Notes: generated by a model from the letters alone, not told the origin. A DNA stretch of 32,000 nucleotides from Bacillus subtilis subsp. subtilis str. 168 (GCF_000009045.1 NC_000964.3:2460001-2492000); one strand, 5' to 3'. Counted from the first letter of the stretch, positions 16,901 through 25,640 are shown. Program-made: numbers and translations.

Positions 16901-16968
16901 TTTTTAGAGAAACGATCGGCTAAGGTTCTCCGTCTCCCTAGTAGAACCAATTAGAGGAGATGACTCCA

Positions 16969-17730
16969 ATGAAATCAGCTTGGATGGAAAAGACATATAC
17001 AATTGACGGATGTGCGTTTCATACACAGCACCGGAAAGGATCAAGCGGTGTAACGATTGTCTTTGAGGCCGGCTATGGTACTTCTTCTGAGACGTGGAAA
17101 CCATTAATGGCGGACATTGATGATGAATTTGGCATTTTCACATATGATCGGGCAGGCATAGGAAAAAGCGGGCAAAGCAGAGCTAAACGAACAGCTGATC
17201 AACAAGTGAAAGAATTGGAGAGTTTGCTTAAAGCAGCTGATGTAAAACCTCCTTATTTGGCTGTTTCACACTCATACGGAGCTGTCATCACCGGTTTATG
17301 GGCCTGCAAAAACAAGCATGATATTATCGGCATGGTCCTTCTTGACCCAGCTTTAGGCGATTGCGCCAGCTTTACCTTTATACCCGAAGAAATGCACAAA
17401 TCACATACGAGAAAGATGATGCTTGAGGGCACACATGCAGAGTTTTCAAAAAGTCTGCAGGAGCTCAAAAAGCGGCAAGTCCACTTAGGAAACATGCCTC
17501 TTCTTGTGTTGTCATCAGGAGAACGGACTGAGAAATTCGCTGCTGAACAGGAGTGGCAAAACTTGCACAGCAGCATATTGTCTCTATCTAACCAAAGCGG
17601 CTGGATTCAAGCTAAAAACAGCTCCCACAACATCCATCATGATGAACCTCATATCGTTCACTTGGCTATTTATGACGTATGGTGCGCAGCGTGCCAGCAG
17701 GCCGCTCCTCTTTACCAGGCAGTCAATTAA
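16969..17730 (+). CDS. yqjL: Alpha/beta-hydrolase fold protein
   Basis: The track ORF starts at 16960. I moved the start to ATG 16969 (253 aa) because SD AGAGGAG (16953-16959) abuts the first ATG. Nucleophile elbow SHSYG. Confidence 0.85.
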   Translation: MKSAWMEKTYTIDGCAFHTQHRKGSSGVTIVFEAGYGTSSETWKPLMADIDDEFGIFTYDRAGIGKSGQSRAKRTADQQVKELESLLKAADVKPPYLAVSHSYGAVITGLWACKNKHDIIGMVLLDPALGDCASFTFIPEEMHKSHTRKMMLEGTHAEFSKSLQELKKRQVHLGNMPLLVLSSGERTEKFAAEQEWQNLHSSILSLSNQSGWIQAKNSSHNIHHDEPHIVHLAIYDVWCAACQQAAPLYQAVN

Positions 17731-17734
17731 CGTA

Positions 17735-17775
17735 AAAAAAGACCGGGCCGTAAGGGATTCCCGGTCTTTTATATT
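17735..17775. terminator. Bidirectional intrinsic terminator shared by yqjL and the rpmGC pseudogene
   Basis: AAAAGACCGGG (17737-17747) pairs with CCCGGTCTTTT (17760-17770), with A/T runs on both sides. Confidence 0.8.
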
Positions 17776-17924
17776 ATTTTGTTTCACGGTGAAGGGTATA
17801 TTTCTTTAAACGCGGTGAATATTTTTTCAGCTCCAAACGGTCTGGATTGGTGCGTTTATTTTTTGTTGTGATGTAATTTCGGTCTCCCGTTTCAGTGCAA
17901 AGCTAAAGTAACATTTACTCTCAT
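17774..17924 (-). pseudogene. rpmGC: Frameshifted gene for a zinc-independent (C-minus) ribosomal protein L33 paralogue
   Basis: Hand translation: ATG 17924 gives [10 protein letters not shown]-stop (TGA 17892-17894). Dropping one base of the A3 run at 17899-17901 gives [49 protein letters not shown]-stop (TAA 17774-17776), a 49-aa L33. SD AAGGAG lies at 17934-17939. Confidence 0.85.
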
Positions 17925-17939
17925 AATTAACATCTCCTT

Positions 17940-17964
17940 ATAAAACGTAATGATTACGTTTTAT
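17940..17964. promoter_or_regulatory. Zur box (zinc uptake repressor operator)
   Basis: Perfect 12-1-12 palindrome ATAAAACGTAAT-G-ATTACGTTTTAT. The core CGTAATGATTACG matches the remembered Zur consensus TCGTAATNATTACGA. It overlaps the -10. Confidence 0.8.
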
Positions 17965-17990
17965 TATACAACGTCATCACAAATTGTCAA
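17963..17990 (-). promoter_or_regulatory. Consensus sigma-A promoter of rpmGC
   Basis: On the minus strand: TTGACA (17990-17985), 16 nt spacer, TATAAT (17968-17963). Confidence 0.7.
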
Positions 17991-18005
17991 ATAAGAGCTC
18001 CGCCT

Positions 18006-18929
18006 TCAGCCTCGCGGGACGTTTACCTCTAAGAAATCATATGCCGCCACGCTATTGGGGAAAACGTCAACCGCTTCTTTTTGAAGCTCCAAAGAAGCAT
18101 CTCCCTGATATCTTGCGCTGATATGGGTTAAAATGAGCTGCTTCGCTCTTGCTTCTTTCGCTGTTACAGCCGCTTGTTCCGTTGTACTGTGATAATAATC
18201 ATAAGCAAGTTTACGGTCTTCCTTAGCAAAGGTTGCTTCATGAACAAGCACATCACAATCCCTCGCAAGCTCTTTTAGTTTGTCACTTACTCTCGTATCA
18301 CCGGAGAACACAACAGATCTTCCCTTTTTAGGAGGCTCCAGAAAATCATTCCCATTGATGATTCGTCCGTCTTCAAGCGTTACCGTTTCGCCTTTTTTGA
18401 TTTTCTGATATACAGGTCCGGGCGGGATGTTCATTTCTTTTAATACGTCAGCCTTCAAGGAACCCGGTACGTCTTTTTCCTGCACACGGTACCCGAAGGC
18501 TTCCACTCCATGAATAACAGATACCGCTGTGACAATAAACTGATCGTCCTCAAACACGATTCCTTCTTCAATTTCCTGGATCGCAAGCGGATATGTCAAA
18601 TGGGTTTTCGTGACGGCAAGGCTTGTTTCAATAAACGCCTTGATCCCTTTAGGTCCGTACACTGTCAGCTCGTCCTCTCCGCCTTGAAAGGAACGGCTCC
18701 CCAGAAGCCCCGGAAGTCCGTATACATGATCGCCGTGCATGTGTGTAATAAAGATTTTCTCTATTTTACGAGGTTTAATCGTTGTATGTAAAATTTGATG
18801 CTGTGTGGCTTCCCCGCAGTCAAAAAGCCATACCGAACGCCTTTCTTCAAGCAATTTTAATGCCACCGACGTTACATTTCTCGCCTTGGCGGGGATGCCG
18901 GCTCCCGTCCCTAAAAAAAGTAATTCCAC
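18006..18929 (-). CDS. rnz: Ribonuclease Z (tRNA 3' endonuclease), metallo-beta-lactamase fold
   Basis: 307 aa with a GTG start and SD AGGAGGAAGG. Motif HMHGDH. The N-terminus [13 protein letters not shown] is typical of RNase Z. Confidence 0.95.
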   Translation of the reverse strand: MELLFLGTGAGIPAKARNVTSVALKLLEERRSVWLFDCGEATQHQILHTTIKPRKIEKIFITHMHGDHVYGLPGLLGSRSFQGGEDELTVYGPKGIKAFIETSLAVTKTHLTYPLAIQEIEEGIVFEDDQFIVTAVSVIHGVEAFGYRVQEKDVPGSLKADVLKEMNIPPGPVYQKIKKGETVTLEDGRIINGNDFLEPPKKGRSVVFSGDTRVSDKLKELARDCDVLVHEATFAKEDRKLAYDYYHSTTEQAAVTAKEARAKQLILTHISARYQGDASLELQKEAVDVFPNSVAAYDFLEVNVPRG

Positions 18930-19155
18930 GTTTCCTTCCTCCTACTAGAACCAGATACCTACAAGAATACAGGATCAAGCGGAAAATGTGAATCTTGCCT
19001 CTGAAAAGAACAATCCTTTCGTGCTAGAAACATTTTTTCAGCATTCTGCTTAAAAAAGGGCTTAAATGTTTGCTTTCGTTGAATTTTAGATTTAAAATGA
19101 AGGAAATATACGGGGTGTACTAAAATAAAGCTTCGAATAAAGTGAGGTACTTTTA

Positions 19156-20625
19156 GTGAAAACAAACCAACAACCAAAAGCAGTAATTGTCATATTCGGT
19201 GCAACTGGAGATTTAGCAAAACGAAAATTGTATCCGTCTATTCACCGTTTATATCAAAACGGACAAATCGGAGAAGAGTTTGCAGTGGTAGGAGTTGGAA
19301 GAAGACCTTGGTCTAATGAGGATCTTCGCCAAACTGTTAAAACATCCATTTCCTCATCTGCAGATAAGCATATAGATGATTTCACGTCTCATTTTTACTA
19401 TCACCCGTTTGACGTGACAAACCCTGGTTCTTATCAAGAGCTAAACGTATTGCTTAACCAGCTGGAAGATACATATCAAATTCCTAACAACAGAATGTTC
19501 TACTTGGCAATGGCTCCTGAATTCTTCGGAACGATTGCAAAAACATTAAAATCAGAGGGTGTAACAGCTACAACCGGCTGGTCCCGCCTTGTCATCGAAA
19601 AACCGTTCGGCCATGATCTGCCAAGCGCACAGGCATTGAATAAAGAAATCCGCGAAGCATTTACGGAAGATCAAATTTACAGAATCGACCATTATCTAGG
19701 CAAACAAATGGTTCAGAACATTGAAGTGATTCGATTTGCCAATGCGATTTTCGAACCGCTTTGGACAAACCGCTACATTTCAAACATTCAAATCACATCT
19801 AGCGAATCACTAGGCGTTGAAGACCGCGCAAGATATTACGAAAAATCAGGCGCCCTTCGCGACATGGTGCAAAACCATATTATGCAGATGGTTGCCCTTC
19901 TTGCAATGGAGCCGCCTATCAAATTGAACACAGAAGAAATCCGCAGCGAGAAAGTGAAGGTGCTGAGAGCACTGCGTCCTATTGCAAAAGACGAAGTGGA
20001 TGAATACTTTGTGCGCGGACAATATCATGCTGGTGAAATTGACGGTGTACCGGTTCCTGCTTATACAGATGAAGATAATGTCGCTCCTGACTCCAATACA
20101 GAAACCTTTGTTGCCGGCAAGCTCTTGATCGACAACTTCAGATGGGCTGGTGTTCCATTCTACATCAGAACCGGAAAACGAATGAAAGAAAAGTCCACAA
20201 AAATTGTCGTTCAATTTAAGGACATTCCGATGAACCTGTACTACGGTAATGAAAACAACATGAATCCGAACTTGCTTGTCATTCATATTCAGCCTGACGA
20301 AGGCATTACGCTTTACTTAAATGCTAAAAAGCTTGGCGGAGCAGCACACGCACAGCCAATCAAACTCGATTATTGCAGCAATTGCAATGACGAGTTGAAC
20401 ACCCCTGAAGCATATGAAAAACTAATTCACGACTGTCTTCTTGGCGATGCAACAAACTTTGCACACTGGGATGAAGTTGCCCTTTCTTGGAGCTTTGTCG
20501 ACTCTATTTCTGAAACATGGGCAGCAAACAAAACCTTATCTCCTAACTACGAATCAGGCTCAATGGGACCGAAAGAATCTGATGATCTTTTGGTGAAAGA
20601 CGGCTTACACTGGTGGAACATATAA
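19156..20625 (+). CDS. zwf: Glucose-6-phosphate 1-dehydrogenase
   Basis: 489 aa with a GTG start. NADP site GATGDLAKRKL and the active-site motif RIDHYLGK. Confidence 0.95.
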   Translation: MKTNQQPKAVIVIFGATGDLAKRKLYPSIHRLYQNGQIGEEFAVVGVGRRPWSNEDLRQTVKTSISSSADKHIDDFTSHFYYHPFDVTNPGSYQELNVLLNQLEDTYQIPNNRMFYLAMAPEFFGTIAKTLKSEGVTATTGWSRLVIEKPFGHDLPSAQALNKEIREAFTEDQIYRIDHYLGKQMVQNIEVIRFANAIFEPLWTNRYISNIQITSSESLGVEDRARYYEKSGALRDMVQNHIMQMVALLAMEPPIKLNTEEIRSEKVKVLRALRPIAKDEVDEYFVRGQYHAGEIDGVPVPAYTDEDNVAPDSNTETFVAGKLLIDNFRWAGVPFYIRTGKRMKEKSTKIVVQFKDIPMNLYYGNENNMNPNLLVIHIQPDEGITLYLNAKKLGGAAHAQPIKLDYCSNCNDELNTPEAYEKLIHDCLLGDATNFAHWDEVALSWSFVDSISETWAANKTLSPNYESGSMGPKESDDLLVKDGLHWWNI

Positions 20626-20636
20626 TAAGAAGAAAA

Positions 20637-20675
20637 AAGCCGAAATAGTTTACTAAGCATTTTCGGTCTTTTTTA
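20637..20675 (+). terminator. Weak candidate terminator after zwf
   Basis: GCCGAAA pairs with TTTCGGT (one G-U pair) across a 15-nt loop, followed by CTTTTTT. Confidence 0.45.
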
Positions 20676-20702
20676 CGCTGAACAAAGGTATAACAATCTC
20701 CT

Positions 20703-20742
20703 TAATAACAAAACCCCCAAAGCTTAAGAGCTTCGGGGGTTT
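20703..20742 (-). terminator. Intrinsic terminator of gndA (also usable on the + strand behind zwf)
   Basis: In minus-strand RNA, AAACCCCCGAAGC-UCUUAA-GCUUUGGGGGUUU forms a 13-bp stem followed by UGUUAUU. Confidence 0.8.
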
Positions 20743-20749
20743 CTATTGA

Positions 20750-22159
20750 TTACTTCATCCATTCAGTATGGAAGATGCCTTCTTTGTCAGTACGCTCATA
20801 AGTATGAGCGCCAAAGTAGTCGCGCTGTGCTTGGATTAAGTTTGCAGGCAGTACGGCTGTGCGGTAGCTGTCATAGTAGGCTAATGCGCTTGAGAATGAT
20901 GGCACCGGCACACCTTGGGCAACTGCAAGTGAAATCACTTGGCGAAGCGCTCCTTGATAGCTTTCTACAATATTCTTGAAATAGCTGTCAAGAAGCAGGT
21001 TGTCAAGCTCAGGCTCGCGATCGTAAGCTTCTTTGATCTTCTGAAGGAATGCCGCGCGAATGATGCAACCACCGCGGAAGATCATAGCGATTTCACCATA
21101 TTTCAGATCCCAGTTGTATTCTTCAGAAGCAGCTTTCATTTGGGCAAATCCTTGCGCGTATGAACAGATTTTACTCATGAACAACGCTTTTCTGACCGCT
21201 TCAATCAGCTCTTCTTTATTTTCTGTAACAGGCTTCACTTCTGGTCCTGAAAGAAGTCCGCTCGCTTTTACACGCTCTTCCTTCATAGCTGAGATAAAGC
21301 GTGCGAATACAGATTCAGTAATAATCGGAAGCGGAACGCCTAAGTCAAGTGCGCTTTGGCTTGTCCATTTTCCTGTTCCTTTTTGGCCTGCTTTATCAAG
21401 AATCACATCAACAAGCGGTTTGCCTGTTTCTTCGTCTTTTTTTGTGAAGATGTCAGCCGTAATCTCAATCAGGTAGCTATCAAGCTCACCTTTATTCCAT
21501 TCAGCGAAAACTTCATGAAGCTCATCAGCAGAAAGGCCCAGCACCTGTTTCAGAATGAAATATGATTCAGAGATCAGCTGCATATCTCCGTATTCAATTC
21601 CGTTGTGCACCATTTTTACGTAATGGCCGGCGCCGTCCGGACCGATATATGTCGTACAAGGTTCTCCGTCAACTTTTGCAGAAATGGCTTCAAGAATCGG
21701 TTTTACAAGCTCATGTGCTTCTTTTTGTCCGCCAGGCATGATAGAAGGTCCTTTAAGCGCTCCTTCTTCTCCGCCGGAAACGCCTGTTCCGATAAAATGA
21801 ATGCCGCTTTCAGCGAGTTCTTTGTTACGGCGCTGTGTATCTTTATAGTATGTATTACCGCCGTCAATTAAAATATCATCCTTCTCTAGATGAGGAAGAA
21901 GAGATTGAATTGTCGCATCTGTTGCAGTTCCCGCTTTAACCATTAATAAGATTTTGCGCGGTGTTTCCAAGGATTGGACAAATTCTTCAATGCTGTAAGT
22001 GCCAACAACATTTTTTCCTTTTGCCTCCTGTAAAAACTCCTCAGTTTTACTGCTTGATCTGTTGTAAACAGAAACAGAAAATCCCCGGCTTTCGATATTT
22101 AAAGCCAGATTTTTACCCATGACCGCAAGTCCGATAACGCCGATTTGTTGTTTTGACAT
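20750..22159 (-). CDS. gndA: 6-phosphogluconate dehydrogenase, NADP-dependent, decarboxylating
   Basis: 469 aa. N-terminal [15 protein letters not shown] Rossmann motif and full-length 6PGDH architecture. Confidence 0.95.
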   Translation of the reverse strand: MSKQQIGVIGLAVMGKNLALNIESRGFSVSVYNRSSSKTEEFLQEAKGKNVVGTYSIEEFVQSLETPRKILLMVKAGTATDATIQSLLPHLEKDDILIDGGNTYYKDTQRRNKELAESGIHFIGTGVSGGEEGALKGPSIMPGGQKEAHELVKPILEAISAKVDGEPCTTYIGPDGAGHYVKMVHNGIEYGDMQLISESYFILKQVLGLSADELHEVFAEWNKGELDSYLIEITADIFTKKDEETGKPLVDVILDKAGQKGTGKWTSQSALDLGVPLPIITESVFARFISAMKEERVKASGLLSGPEVKPVTENKEELIEAVRKALFMSKICSYAQGFAQMKAASEEYNWDLKYGEIAMIFRGGCIIRAAFLQKIKEAYDREPELDNLLLDSYFKNIVESYQGALRQVISLAVAQGVPVPSFSSALAYYDSYRTAVLPANLIQAQRDYFGAHTYERTDKEGIFHTEWMK

Positions 22160-22268
22160 ATTCTAACGTCCCTTCTGCAAACGTTTAATCATTTTAAAAT
22201 TTAAATTAAAATAAAATGATATTTATAATAAAGAAATTACCATACATTCACCCTTTTTTTCAAGCGAT

Positions 22269-23513
22269 TCAGCTTTTCTTTTCATCTTGAAAAAAATCTT
22301 TATTAAAGCTTGTTCCCTTTGTTTTGCTCTCCTCTTTTTTTAACGTTGCCCCTTTTCTGATCAGTTTGGTACCGTACTTTTTATTCAGCTTTTCCATCAT
22401 CTGCTGAATGGGCTCATCCTTCGCATCTTCATTAAAGCTGAACAAATCGAGCTGTTTATAGGCCTGCTCTTTTTCTACTAAATCCGTTCCGGTAATGCCA
22501 AGCAGCCTGACAGGATTTTTATTCCAATGTTTAAAAAAGAGGTGCTCCGCTTCTTTCAAAATGTCATTTTTTTGATCAATCGGGTTTCTCAGCGTAGTGC
22601 TTCTTGTGATGGTTCTCCAATCCGCATATCTAATCATAATAAAAAGCTTCGAAGCCATGACTTCCTTGCGCTGTAAACGGTCACTCACAGAAGCGGCAAG
22701 CTTTCTAAAAACGCCTAACAGCTCTTCTTCATCACTGGAATCATGGGAAAGTGTCGATGAGTTGCCGACGCTTTTAAATTCGTAAATGCGCTCCGGGTCA
22801 ACCGGCGCATGGTGAATGCCATTTGCTTTATTTTTAAGGCGCGGACCGTTGATGCCAAGCAGGCGCTTCAGCGAGTGTTCATCAGCTGCAGCTAGCTCTC
22901 CGATTGTATGGATGCCGAGTCCCTTCAGTTTTTCCGCTGTCTTTTTGCCGACTCCGTGCATCTCTCCAACAGGAAGCGGCCACAGGATATCGGGCACTTG
23001 CCTCTTTCTTAAGATCGTAATTCCAAGCGGTTTTTTCATATCAGACGCCATCTTAGCGAGAAATTTATTCGGTGCAATCCCTATGCTTGACGGGAGCAGC
23101 AGCTCTTTTTGCAGCCTGCTTTGGATTTCTTTTGCCGTCTCTAGAGCGCGGCTGCTGTATGGTGTATCGGTCATGTCCATATAGCCTTCGTCGATGGAGA
23201 CAGGCTCCACTAGGTCAGTATATTCACGAAGAATGGTAAACATCGCTCGTGAAGAGTTTCTATAGCGGTCAAAGTTCGGCGGAAGAACGATGAGCTCAGG
23301 ACAATGGCGCTTCGCTTGCCAAACCGGCATCGTTGTTTTGACGCCGCGCGCTCTTGCTTCGTAGCTGCATGTTACCACAATGCCCTTTCGCTCCTTTACG
23401 TTTCCGGCAACTGCGACCGGCTTTCCCCGGAGAGCCGGATCATATGCCATTTCAACCGACGCATAAAAGCTATTCATATCAATATGGAAAATAATTCGGC
23501 TCTTTCCCGGCAT
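22269..23513 (-). CDS. polY1: Y-family DNA polymerase IV (DinB-like)
   Basis: The track ORF reaches 23555. I trimmed it to ATG 23513 (414 aa), with SD AAAGGAGA at 23521-23528. Motifs DMNSFYASVE and SIDEGY. No GAAC-N4-GTTC box upstream. Confidence 0.9.
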   Translation of the reverse strand: MPGKSRIIFHIDMNSFYASVEMAYDPALRGKPVAVAGNVKERKGIVVTCSYEARARGVKTTMPVWQAKRHCPELIVLPPNFDRYRNSSRAMFTILREYTDLVEPVSIDEGYMDMTDTPYSSRALETAKEIQSRLQKELLLPSSIGIAPNKFLAKMASDMKKPLGITILRKRQVPDILWPLPVGEMHGVGKKTAEKLKGLGIHTIGELAAADEHSLKRLLGINGPRLKNKANGIHHAPVDPERIYEFKSVGNSSTLSHDSSDEEELLGVFRKLAASVSDRLQRKEVMASKLFIMIRYADWRTITRSTTLRNPIDQKNDILKEAEHLFFKHWNKNPVRLLGITGTDLVEKEQAYKQLDLFSFNEDAKDEPIQQMMEKLNKKYGTKLIRKGATLKKEESKTKGTSFNKDFFQDEKKS

Positions 23514-23536
23514 AAACAAATCTCCTTTTCGGTCAT

Positions 23537-23565
23537 TAGACAACAGCTTGTACATATAGTAAAAT
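23537..23565 (+). promoter_or_regulatory. Candidate sigma-A promoter for mifM-yidC2
   Basis: TAGACA (23537-23542), 17 nt spacer, TAAAAT (23560-23565). Confidence 0.5.
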
Positions 23566-23585
23566 GAAGCTATTGAATGGATGTG

Positions 23586-23873
23586 ATGACAATGTTTGTG
23601 GAATCGATAAATGACGTTTTATTCTTAGTCGATTTTTTCACAATTATTCTTCCTGCTCTAACGGCAATCGGGATTGCATTCCTCTTACGGGAGTGCCGTG
23701 CGGGCGAGCAATGGAAATCAAAACGAACAGATGAACATCAGACGGTCTTTCACATTAACCGAACAGACTTTCTTATTATTATATATCATCGCATTACAAC
23801 TTGGATACGTAAAGTCTTCCGCATGAATTCGCCTGTGAACGATGAGGAAGACGCCGGTTCTCTTCTTTTATAA
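23586..23873 (+). CDS. mifM: Membrane-insertion-sensing translation-arrest leader protein
   Basis: ORF 23577-23873. N-terminal TM helix VLFLVDFFTIILPALTAIGIAFLL. The C-terminal RITTWIRKVFRMNSPVNDEEDAGS is recognised as the MifM arrest segment. Start set at ATG 23586 (95 aa) from memory; ATG 23577 and 23592 are alternatives. Confidence 0.8.
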   Translation: MTMFVESINDVLFLVDFFTIILPALTAIGIAFLLRECRAGEQWKSKRTDEHQTVFHINRTDFLIIIYHRITTWIRKVFRMNSPVNDEEDAGSLLL

Positions 23874-23899
23874 ACCGCATTTATAAAAAGGAGGAGAAC
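23857..23899 (+). promoter_or_regulatory. SD-sequestering hairpin controlling yidC2 translation
   Basis: GTTCTCTTCTTTTATAAA (23857-23874, the last mifM codons plus the stop) pairs with TTTATAAAAAGGAGGAGAAC (23880-23899, containing the yidC2 SD). One bulged A, two G-U pairs, loop CCGCA. Confidence 0.75.
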
Positions 23900-23903
23900 A
23901 AAA

Positions 23904-24731
23904 TTGTTAAAAACATATCAAAAACTTTTGGCTATGGGTATCTTTTTGATCGTATTATGCTCGGGCAATGCTGCATTTGCAGCGACTAATCAGGTGGGAG
24001 GCCTCAGCAACGTAGGTTTTTTCCACGATTATTTAATCGAACCGTTTTCCGCTCTGCTTAAGGGTGTTGCCGGGCTGTTTCACGGAGAATACGGACTCTC
24101 TATTATCCTCGTAACCATTATTGTGCGTATAGTTGTATTGCCTTTGTTTGTCAATCAGTTCAAAAAACAGCGCATCTTCCAAGAGAAAATGGCCGTTATT
24201 AAACCTCAGGTTGACAGTATCCAGGTTAAGTTGAAAAAGACGAAGGACCCGGAAAAGCAAAAAGAGCTGCAAATGGAAATGATGAAGCTGTATCAGGAGC
24301 ATAATATCAACCCGCTTGCGATGGGCTGTCTTCCAATGCTGATTCAGTCTCCGATTATGATTGGGCTTTATTACGCGATTCGCTCAACACCTGAAATTGC
24401 GTCACACTCGTTTCTATGGTTCAGTTTAGGGCAATCTGATATTCTCATGTCCCTTAGTGCAGGGATTATGTATTTTGTCCAAGCCTATATCGCTCAAAAA
24501 CTGAGCGCGAAATATTCCGCTGTCCCGCAAAACCCTGCAGCGCAGCAATCCGCAAAATTGATGGTGTTCATCTTCCCTGTGATGATGACGATTTTCTCGC
24601 TTAATGTGCCGGCAGCCCTTCCGCTGTACTGGTTTACAAGCGGACTGTTTTTGACAGTGCAAAACATCGTCCTTCAGATGACGCATCATAAAAGTAAAAA
24701 AACAGCCGCTCTTACTGAGTCGGTGAAATAA
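23904..24731 (+). CDS. yidC2: YidC/Oxa1-family membrane protein insertase, lipoprotein paralogue 2
   Basis: 275 aa with a TTG start and SD AAAGGAGGAG. Lipobox LIVLCSG. Five-TM YidC core with a conserved Arg in TM1 (IIVRIVVLPL). Confidence 0.92.
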   Translation: MLKTYQKLLAMGIFLIVLCSGNAAFAATNQVGGLSNVGFFHDYLIEPFSALLKGVAGLFHGEYGLSIILVTIIVRIVVLPLFVNQFKKQRIFQEKMAVIKPQVDSIQVKLKKTKDPEKQKELQMEMMKLYQEHNINPLAMGCLPMLIQSPIMIGLYYAIRSTPEIASHSFLWFSLGQSDILMSLSAGIMYFVQAYIAQKLSAKYSAVPQNPAAQQSAKLMVFIFPVMMTIFSLNVPAALPLYWFTSGLFLTVQNIVLQMTHHKSKKTAALTESVK

Positions 24732-24736
24732 AAAAG

Positions 24737-24768
24737 CAACCCCGTGCAAAAAGCCGGGGTTGTTTTTT
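24737..24768 (+). terminator. Intrinsic terminator of yidC2
   Basis: CAACCCCG (24737-24744) pairs with CGGGGTTG (24755-24762), followed by TTTTTT. Confidence 0.85.
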
Positions 24769-24849
24769 GTTACTTGCAAAGTACCGCGCCAAACAGTCTT
24801 GTTTATCATGGCTGAAGCAGAAATGGCCATCCTAAAAAATAGCCGTATC

Positions 24850-24874
24850 GTTTAAAAAGAAGGAAATCGGGAAT
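24850..24874 (+). promoter_or_regulatory. Sigma-B-type promoter candidate for yqjF
   Basis: GTTTAA (24850-24855), 13 nt spacer, GGGAAT (24869-24874), about 37 nt upstream of the yqjF TTG start. Confidence 0.45.
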
Positions 24875-24910
24875 ACCTTTACTCACCTCCAACCGAAAGG
24901 AGCCTATACG

Positions 24911-25639
24911 TTGACGGAACGCTTTCAGCAAAAAAATATTTCTGTACCTGATGGAATCTGGATCATGAGACAAACCTGGAATGATGTCTTATTTGCTCAC
25001 TGGCCTGTTGATGTTTCTATCCTTCGCGCTTTGGTACCGTCCGTTTTAGAATTAGATACATATAACGGGCAAGCTTGGATCAGCATGCTTCCCTTTATGC
25101 TCACGAACCTGAGGGCGCGTTATCTCCCTGTCATTCCCGGTGCGCGTGCATTTCCTGAGCTTAACCTCCGCACCTATGTCACGTATAAAGGCAAGCCCGG
25201 CATTTATTTTTTTAGCTTAGATGCCGATCATCGTCTGGCGGTCCTTGGCGCTCGCACATTCTTTCATCTGCCTTATTTTTACGCGGATATGAAGTCCGAA
25301 AAAAACGGTGATGCCATTGACTATGTCAGCAAGCGGAAAAATGACAAAGAAGCAGCATTCCACGCCGCATACCGGCCAATTTCAGCGCCTTTTACAGCAG
25401 AAAAGGATTCGCTCGATTACTGGCTGACAGAACGATACAGGCTCTACACCACTTATCGCAATAAGCTCTATTACGAAGACATCCATCATCATCCGTGGCT
25501 GCTGCAAAACGCCGAAGCAGAAATTTCAGTCAATACGGTGACTGATGCTCACGGTATTACATTGCCGGAGTCAGACCCCTTGCTTCATTATGCTAAAAAA
25601 CAGGATGTGTTATTTTGGCCGCTTAGGAAATGGAGCTAA
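24911..25639 (+). CDS. yqjF: Conserved protein of unknown function (DUF2071-like)
   Basis: 242 aa with a TTG start and SD GAAAGGAG at 24895-24902. Confidence 0.8.
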   Translation: MTERFQQKNISVPDGIWIMRQTWNDVLFAHWPVDVSILRALVPSVLELDTYNGQAWISMLPFMLTNLRARYLPVIPGARAFPELNLRTYVTYKGKPGIYFFSLDADHRLAVLGARTFFHLPYFYADMKSEKNGDAIDYVSKRKNDKEAAFHAAYRPISAPFTAEKDSLDYWLTERYRLYTTYRNKLYYEDIHHHPWLLQNAEAEISVNTVTDAHGITLPESDPLLHYAKKQDVLFWPLRKWS

Positions 25640-25640
25640 A

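Noticed and set aside
16924-16948. Inverted repeat GGTTCT-N13-AGAACC upstream of yqjL. A similar TAGAACCA string occurs upstream of rnz at about 18946.
   Set aside because: The arms are only 6 bp and do not extend, which is expected by chance in 32 kb. It does not fit the LexA half-site arrangement (GAAC-N4-GTTC).
17892-17901. Programmed ribosomal frameshifting as an explanation for the broken rpmGC frame.
   Set aside because: The site (GCU UUG CAC UGA) has no slippery heptamer, no internal SD-like stimulator at the right distance and no downstream structure. A simple 1-nt homopolymer insertion is more parsimonious. The idea remains testable, as described in the finding.
18959-19177. 72-aa minus-strand ORF in the rnz-zwf divergent promoter region.
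   Set aside because: It starts inside zwf on the opposite strand, has no SD and covers AT-rich promoter DNA.
19846-21476. Antisense ORFs inside zwf (19846-20286) and gndA (20746-20979, 20939-21163, 21060-21476, 21356-21565, 21605-21871).
   Set aside because: All lie opposite strongly conserved pentose-phosphate genes and lack initiation signals.
24800-24847. 15-codon ORF (MAEAEMAILKNSRIV) in the yqjF leader. Coordinates are approximate.
   Set aside because: No SD precedes it, and it lies upstream of the sigma-B-type promoter candidate, so it is probably not in the mature transcript.
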